Shown here: one piece after another, positions 58,861-64,000 of the stretch
How the letters are laid out: each line of letters opens with the position of its first letter
Position numbering within the stretch: position 1 is the first letter of the stretch
DNA from: the human T2T-CHM13v2.0 reference genome, Homo sapiens
Assembly: GCF_009914755.1 (NCBI RefSeq)
Contig: NC_060932.1
Reading direction: 5' to 3' (one strand)
DNA length: 64,000 nucleotides
The notes under the pieces: generated by a model
What the model saw: only the letters and a program-made list of their open reading frames with translations
Database searches by the model: none
What the model was told of the DNA's origin: nothing
Program-made: the position numbers and the translations under genes

Positions 58861-59854
58861 AGCCGCCCAGAAACAATCTTTTAAAGAGAATCTGGGGAGA
58901 AGCCATCGTCATATATCTGTGTCCTCATCACTTGCGTGAGTCCTGACCCACCCCTCACTTCATTAAACTTAACGTGGAAAATGATCAATTGTACTCATTT
59001 TTGTCTGTATTCTTGCTTCTCTCAGCTCAGTCTGTGCTCTCCTCGGGGTATCCTGGGAAGTAAACCATCCCTTTTCCTTTCTGTAACACTTCACTTTAAT
59101 CAAAATCTATTTTATCTGCTGGACGATAGCTCCCTCCTCCCCTGGTATGACATTCCTCTCACTCTCCACCTTCCTAGGGGCCTCTCCTTTTCCTGGGTCC
59201 CCGTCCCTTTTCCCAACTAGTTCTTTCATCAACTCTCGGCAGCTTCCATGGATGTCCACACCATTCTGTTCACGCGCCTTTCCCAATCCTTCTTCCTGCT
59301 CAACATGCTCTAGGATCTTCTTCAGAGGTCTTAGTCTTTCCCCTTTCCATTCTAGAAACATCCATAAATTTCCTTTCCTTGCAGTTCTTCAGCCTCCACA
59401 GGTCTAGAGACCTTTATCTCCACTCATTCCACATCATCAAGACACAAACAGATGACCAGGCAGAGCTGCTCCAGCCCCACGCTCTGAATTCCTGAAATTC
59501 TCCTCTGCCCTGCACGTCTCACGCTGTCTTCCTCTTGCTCAACCAGAGATCTCATCACTCCCCTCTCACTATTTCCTCCATGACTCCAGTCTTAATTTGT
59601 GTGCTCACCCAGCCTAGAGACTTCCGCCTCTGAGCCATCCCCCTACTCCCTGATGAGTCCCAACCCCCACCCCCCGCCTCCCTGGTTTCTGTGAGGCTCT
59701 CCCTCCAGGGTCCCAGCTTCATCTTTCCCACTTTCTCCTTCCCAGACCTTATGTGGTCCCCACTCTGGATAACCTGTCCCTTCCACTTTCTCTCCTCTGC
59801 TGGGAGGCCACCGACAGAGGGTCCTTCTTGGTGGCTGGGTTTACTTCTAGCTCT

Positions 59855-60157
59855 TATTTATTTCATTTTATTTTTGAGACAGAGTCTCGCTCTGTCACCC
59901 AGGCTGTAGTGCAGTGGTTGCAATCTTGGCTCAGTGCAAACTCTGCCTCTGGGGTTCAAGTGATTTTCCTGGTTCAACCTCCTGAGTAACTGGGACAACA
60001 GGCGCCCACCACTGCGCCCGGCTAATTTTGTATTTTTAGTAGAGACAGGGTTTCACCATGTTGGCCAGGCTGGTCTCGAACTCCTGACCTCAAGTGATCT
60101 GCGTGCCTCAGCCTCCCAAAGTGCTGGGATTACAGGCATGAGCCACTGTGCCTGGCC
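59855..60157 (-). mobile_element. AluS
   Basis: Antisense dimer. Confidence 0.88.
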
Positions 60158-60484
60158 TACTTTAACTTCCATGAAGGTTTCAATAACTCCTGGCAGTCCT
60201 TAGGCATCTCTGGCTCCTTCACATTGCTCTGAGTCCCAGCCCATTTCTGCCCTCTCCTTCTCAGATATCCTTCTTTACTGAAAATATTGTGATTATCTGA
60301 AGTAAGAGGTTGCCTCATTTTCTATCTCCCTGCCAGCCTTCTCTTAGTTAGAATATTTATTTTCAGCCTGGAACACTGTCATAACCTCCTGACTGCAGGA
60401 CCCCATTCTCTCCTCACTCCAGTGCACTGTTGGACTTATTGTTTCAAAGACAACATTCCTCCCTTGCCTAAAAATCTTCAGGTA

Positions 60485-60808
60485 GGCCAGGCATGGTGGC
60501 TCACACCTATAGTCCCAGTGCTCTGAGAGGCCAAGGTGGGAAGATCACTCGAGGCCAGGAGTTCAAGACCAGATGGACAACAGAGCGAGACCCCATCTCT
60601 GCCCCTCCCCAAAATAATTTTTTTTTTAAATTAGCTGGGCATGGTGGTGCATGCCTGTAGTCCCAGCTACTTAGGAGGCTGAGGCAGAGGATCACTTGTG
60701 CCCAGGGGCTTAAGGCTGCAGTGAGCTATGATTGTACCACTGCACTCCAGCCTGGGCAACAGAGCGAGTGAGATTCTGTCGAGGAAGGAAGGAAAGGAAA
60801 GAAGGAAA
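60485..60808 (+). mobile_element. AluJ
   Basis: Sense dimer with GGAA-rich tail. Confidence 0.85.
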
Positions 60809-61244
60809 TCTTTAGATGTCTCCTGGCCACCAAATAAAATCTAAATGCCTTGACCTGCCAGCATGGCTGTTTTCCCCACATACCCCATTTTGTCTGCCAC
60901 TAAATCTTTGCTTGTGCTATTTTCTCTAGCTCCAGGGCCTTCTCTCCCAATTGCCACATGATCTAATCTTGTCTTACCTCAGAGGCCAGCGCAAAACCCA
61001 TCTTGGCCAAGAAGTTGTCCCTAAACCCTCCTGCTAGAAGGGACTGCTCCCACTTTTGCTTTCTTACAGCTCTTGAATCCTCCTGCAGCATTTATAACCT
61101 TCCACCTTATCCTCCAGTTAATGCACAGGAAGGTAAGTTCCTTAAGGGCCAGGGCCCGTTCTACACCTCGGTACAGACCCCACAGCAGTAGCACAGTATA
61201 TGAGCCACAATGCTAGTCTATTCAGGATGTTTCTATTTTTATTT

Positions 61245-61600
<356 letters not shown>

Positions 61601-62047
61601 TAACAAAGGCAAAAAAAAAAAAAAAAGTACATTAGATAAACACACGCACAGTTGCTTACAGACAGCAGTAGGAAGTACACGGACTGCTGGGCCTCAGAGA
61701 AGCCTGGAGCCAGGGGCTGGAATTCAACAGGATACATGTTCCTGCTCTATCACTATTTCTCTCTGCATGTGGAGTCATTCTGCTGCAGCCAGGATACCCC
61801 CATGTAGTTTGAGGACCCCCAGGTCACACATACCAGGCTTCTAGCCCCAAAGACTATGGACTCTGTTCCCTCAGTTCCTCTTTTTAAAATCTTAGAGAAA
61901 AAAATTAATGCAATAAAAATCTTAGAGAAGTGCTCTAATGGGTCCAGTGTGGGTCAGGTGTCTGCCCCTGGACCCATCAGCTATGGCCAGGGGATTGGGT
62001 GACTCAGTCTATGCACAGCCCACTCCTGAGTTCTAGAGTCACTTTTA

Positions 62048-62356
<309 letters not shown>

Positions 62357-63328
62357 GGGTGAATCTTCATGAGCACCCCAAGAATTCTAGCACACTTGTA
62401 CCCAATAAATGTATAATAAATATGTGTCATTAATATTTGTATTATCATGAATTATGTAGTTGTGCTATAAGAAGTCAGTTACTGCTTGGGGTGCCTCTGT
62501 CATTTTAACCATATCCCTTATTCTTGCCCGTTCATTAACACAGGACTTCTAATAGTTCCACTTGATCAGCTTAATTTCAATTAGTATATATGCTTGAAAG
62601 GAATAAACTTGGCTCTTTCTTAAAGAACTCTTAAAATGAAACTTTAGCTGGAGATCTTACCTCCAGCTAAAATGGATTGGTAAAGTTTCCATGTAGGTAT
62701 ATCAGACTAAAAATGACATCAAGCCCACTGTTGCCTTTTTAAATTACAACTTTTTATTGTTGCACAAATTCCTTCCATTTTTACTGATTTCTTCTTCTCC
62801 AAGTCCATGGGCATCCTATACCTCAAACCCCAGCATTTCTGGGTTTGATTTGCTATATGGGAGAGTATCTCTGTGTCTTTTGTCCACGTTATTATTTGTT
62901 ATGAAAAATTATGAGCATGTTCCCTAAGACTAGGTTTTCTAGCATGGTTCCTTATGGCCAGGGCTGTGTGACTCTCAGATTGGAAAGTGTGTCGAGGAAT
63001 GAGTTGGTTTTGTCACTTTTAGCTTTTTTACACTTTGAGCTCTTTGAAAGCCCAGGCACACATTTTGACCCCTTTTATGAATGCCCTCTCCATGGAAAGT
63101 AAATAAATGAATTACCCAGAACTTCTGGCCCTTGGGTCCTTGAGGGTTGGAGGAATGGCAAGAAAAATCTTTTGTATCAGCCAAACACTTACAAGCAAGG
63201 GAAGAAAGGAAGGAAGCACTTTATGCAAAAGCCAAGCATCTATTAATGTATGAAAATGAAATTAATTTAGCCAGATGACACATAGTCCAAATATCTACAC
63301 AATGAATTGAATTTGTTTCCCCATAGAT

Positions 63329-63408
63329 TTGGGGTTGCCAGATTTAGTAGATAAAAATAATAATGCCCAGTTAAATTCGAATCTGAAATAAACCATTTTA
63401 TAGCAGGC

Positions 63409-63459
<51 letters not shown>

Positions 63460-63526
63460 CAGATAGATAGATGGGCATTAGTATAACTATGTCCCATAGT
63501 TTAGTTTAGCAATACTTGGAACATAC
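63329..63526. mobile_element. MER53-like element carrying a (GATA)n microsatellite (about 63410-63471)
   Basis: ggggttgccagatttag...cccagttaaattcgaat and tagtataactatgtccca pieces around the GATA run. Confidence 0.65.
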
Positions 63527-63979
63527 TGTGATGGTTAATTTTATATGTCAATTTAACTGTCCAAAGGGTGCCAGATATTTAGTTAAACATTATTCTTGGT
63601 GTTCCCGTGAGGGTGTTTCTGCATGAGATTAACATTTGAGTCAGTAGACTGAGCAAAGCAGATCACCCTCCTCAGTGTAGGTGGCCCACATCCAATCCAT
63701 TGAAGGCCTGAATAGAACAAAAGTCTTGAGCAAGAGACAATTCACTCCCTCTCTCTGCCTGGCAGTCTTTGAGCTGGGACATTGATCTTCTCTTGCCTTG
63801 AAACTTGAACTGGAACTTACACCATTAGCTCTCCTGATTCTCAAGCCTTTGAACTATGGGTCTTGGGACTTCTCCGCCTCCATATCACGTGAGCCAGTTC
63901 ATTAAAATAGGTAGGTAGGTAGGTAGATAGATAGATAGATCTATTGGTTCTGTTTCTCTGCATAACCTTCATGAATACA
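63527..63979 (+). mobile_element. MLT2 (ERVL) LTR
   Basis: tgtgatggttaattttatatgtcaa...ctattggttctgtttctctg...gaataca. Confidence 0.85.
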
Positions 63980-64000
63980 ATATTTATTATACTAAAGAAT

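Overview
Primate (very probably human) genomic DNA that is Alu-dense and intergenic or intronic. I see no intact protein-coding gene, RNA gene or CpG-island promoter, and most listed ORFs are translations of Alu, SVA, LTR or MER sequence. Recognisable content: a full-length, disrupted HSPA8 (HSC70) processed pseudogene (+, about 12.15-16.1 kb); a disrupted TAGLN2 processed pseudogene (-, about 22.8-25.05 kb); a full-length SVA inserted at that pseudogene's poly(A) signal; a solo HERV-W LTR17 nested in an Alu; and many MaLR/ERVL LTRs, L1/L2/MIR remnants, DNA-transposon fossils and dozens of Alus. I found no new biological system. The most notable features are insertion scars. (1) A 1-kb TSD-flanked, polyadenylated insert of older repeats sits inside the HSPA8 pseudogene and ends at an MST LTR poly(A) signal. 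(2) A 235-bp TSD-flanked, polyadenylated non-repeat insert splits a MADE1. (3) An exact 51-bp copy of sequence 1.95 kb upstream is inserted at an MSTA end. (4) A chain of fold-back inverted repeats surrounds (TA)-rich spacers. (5) The LTR17 lacks its TATA region. Family and subfamily calls rest on recalled consensus sequences, not on a database search, and boundaries are approximate unless TSDs are quoted.
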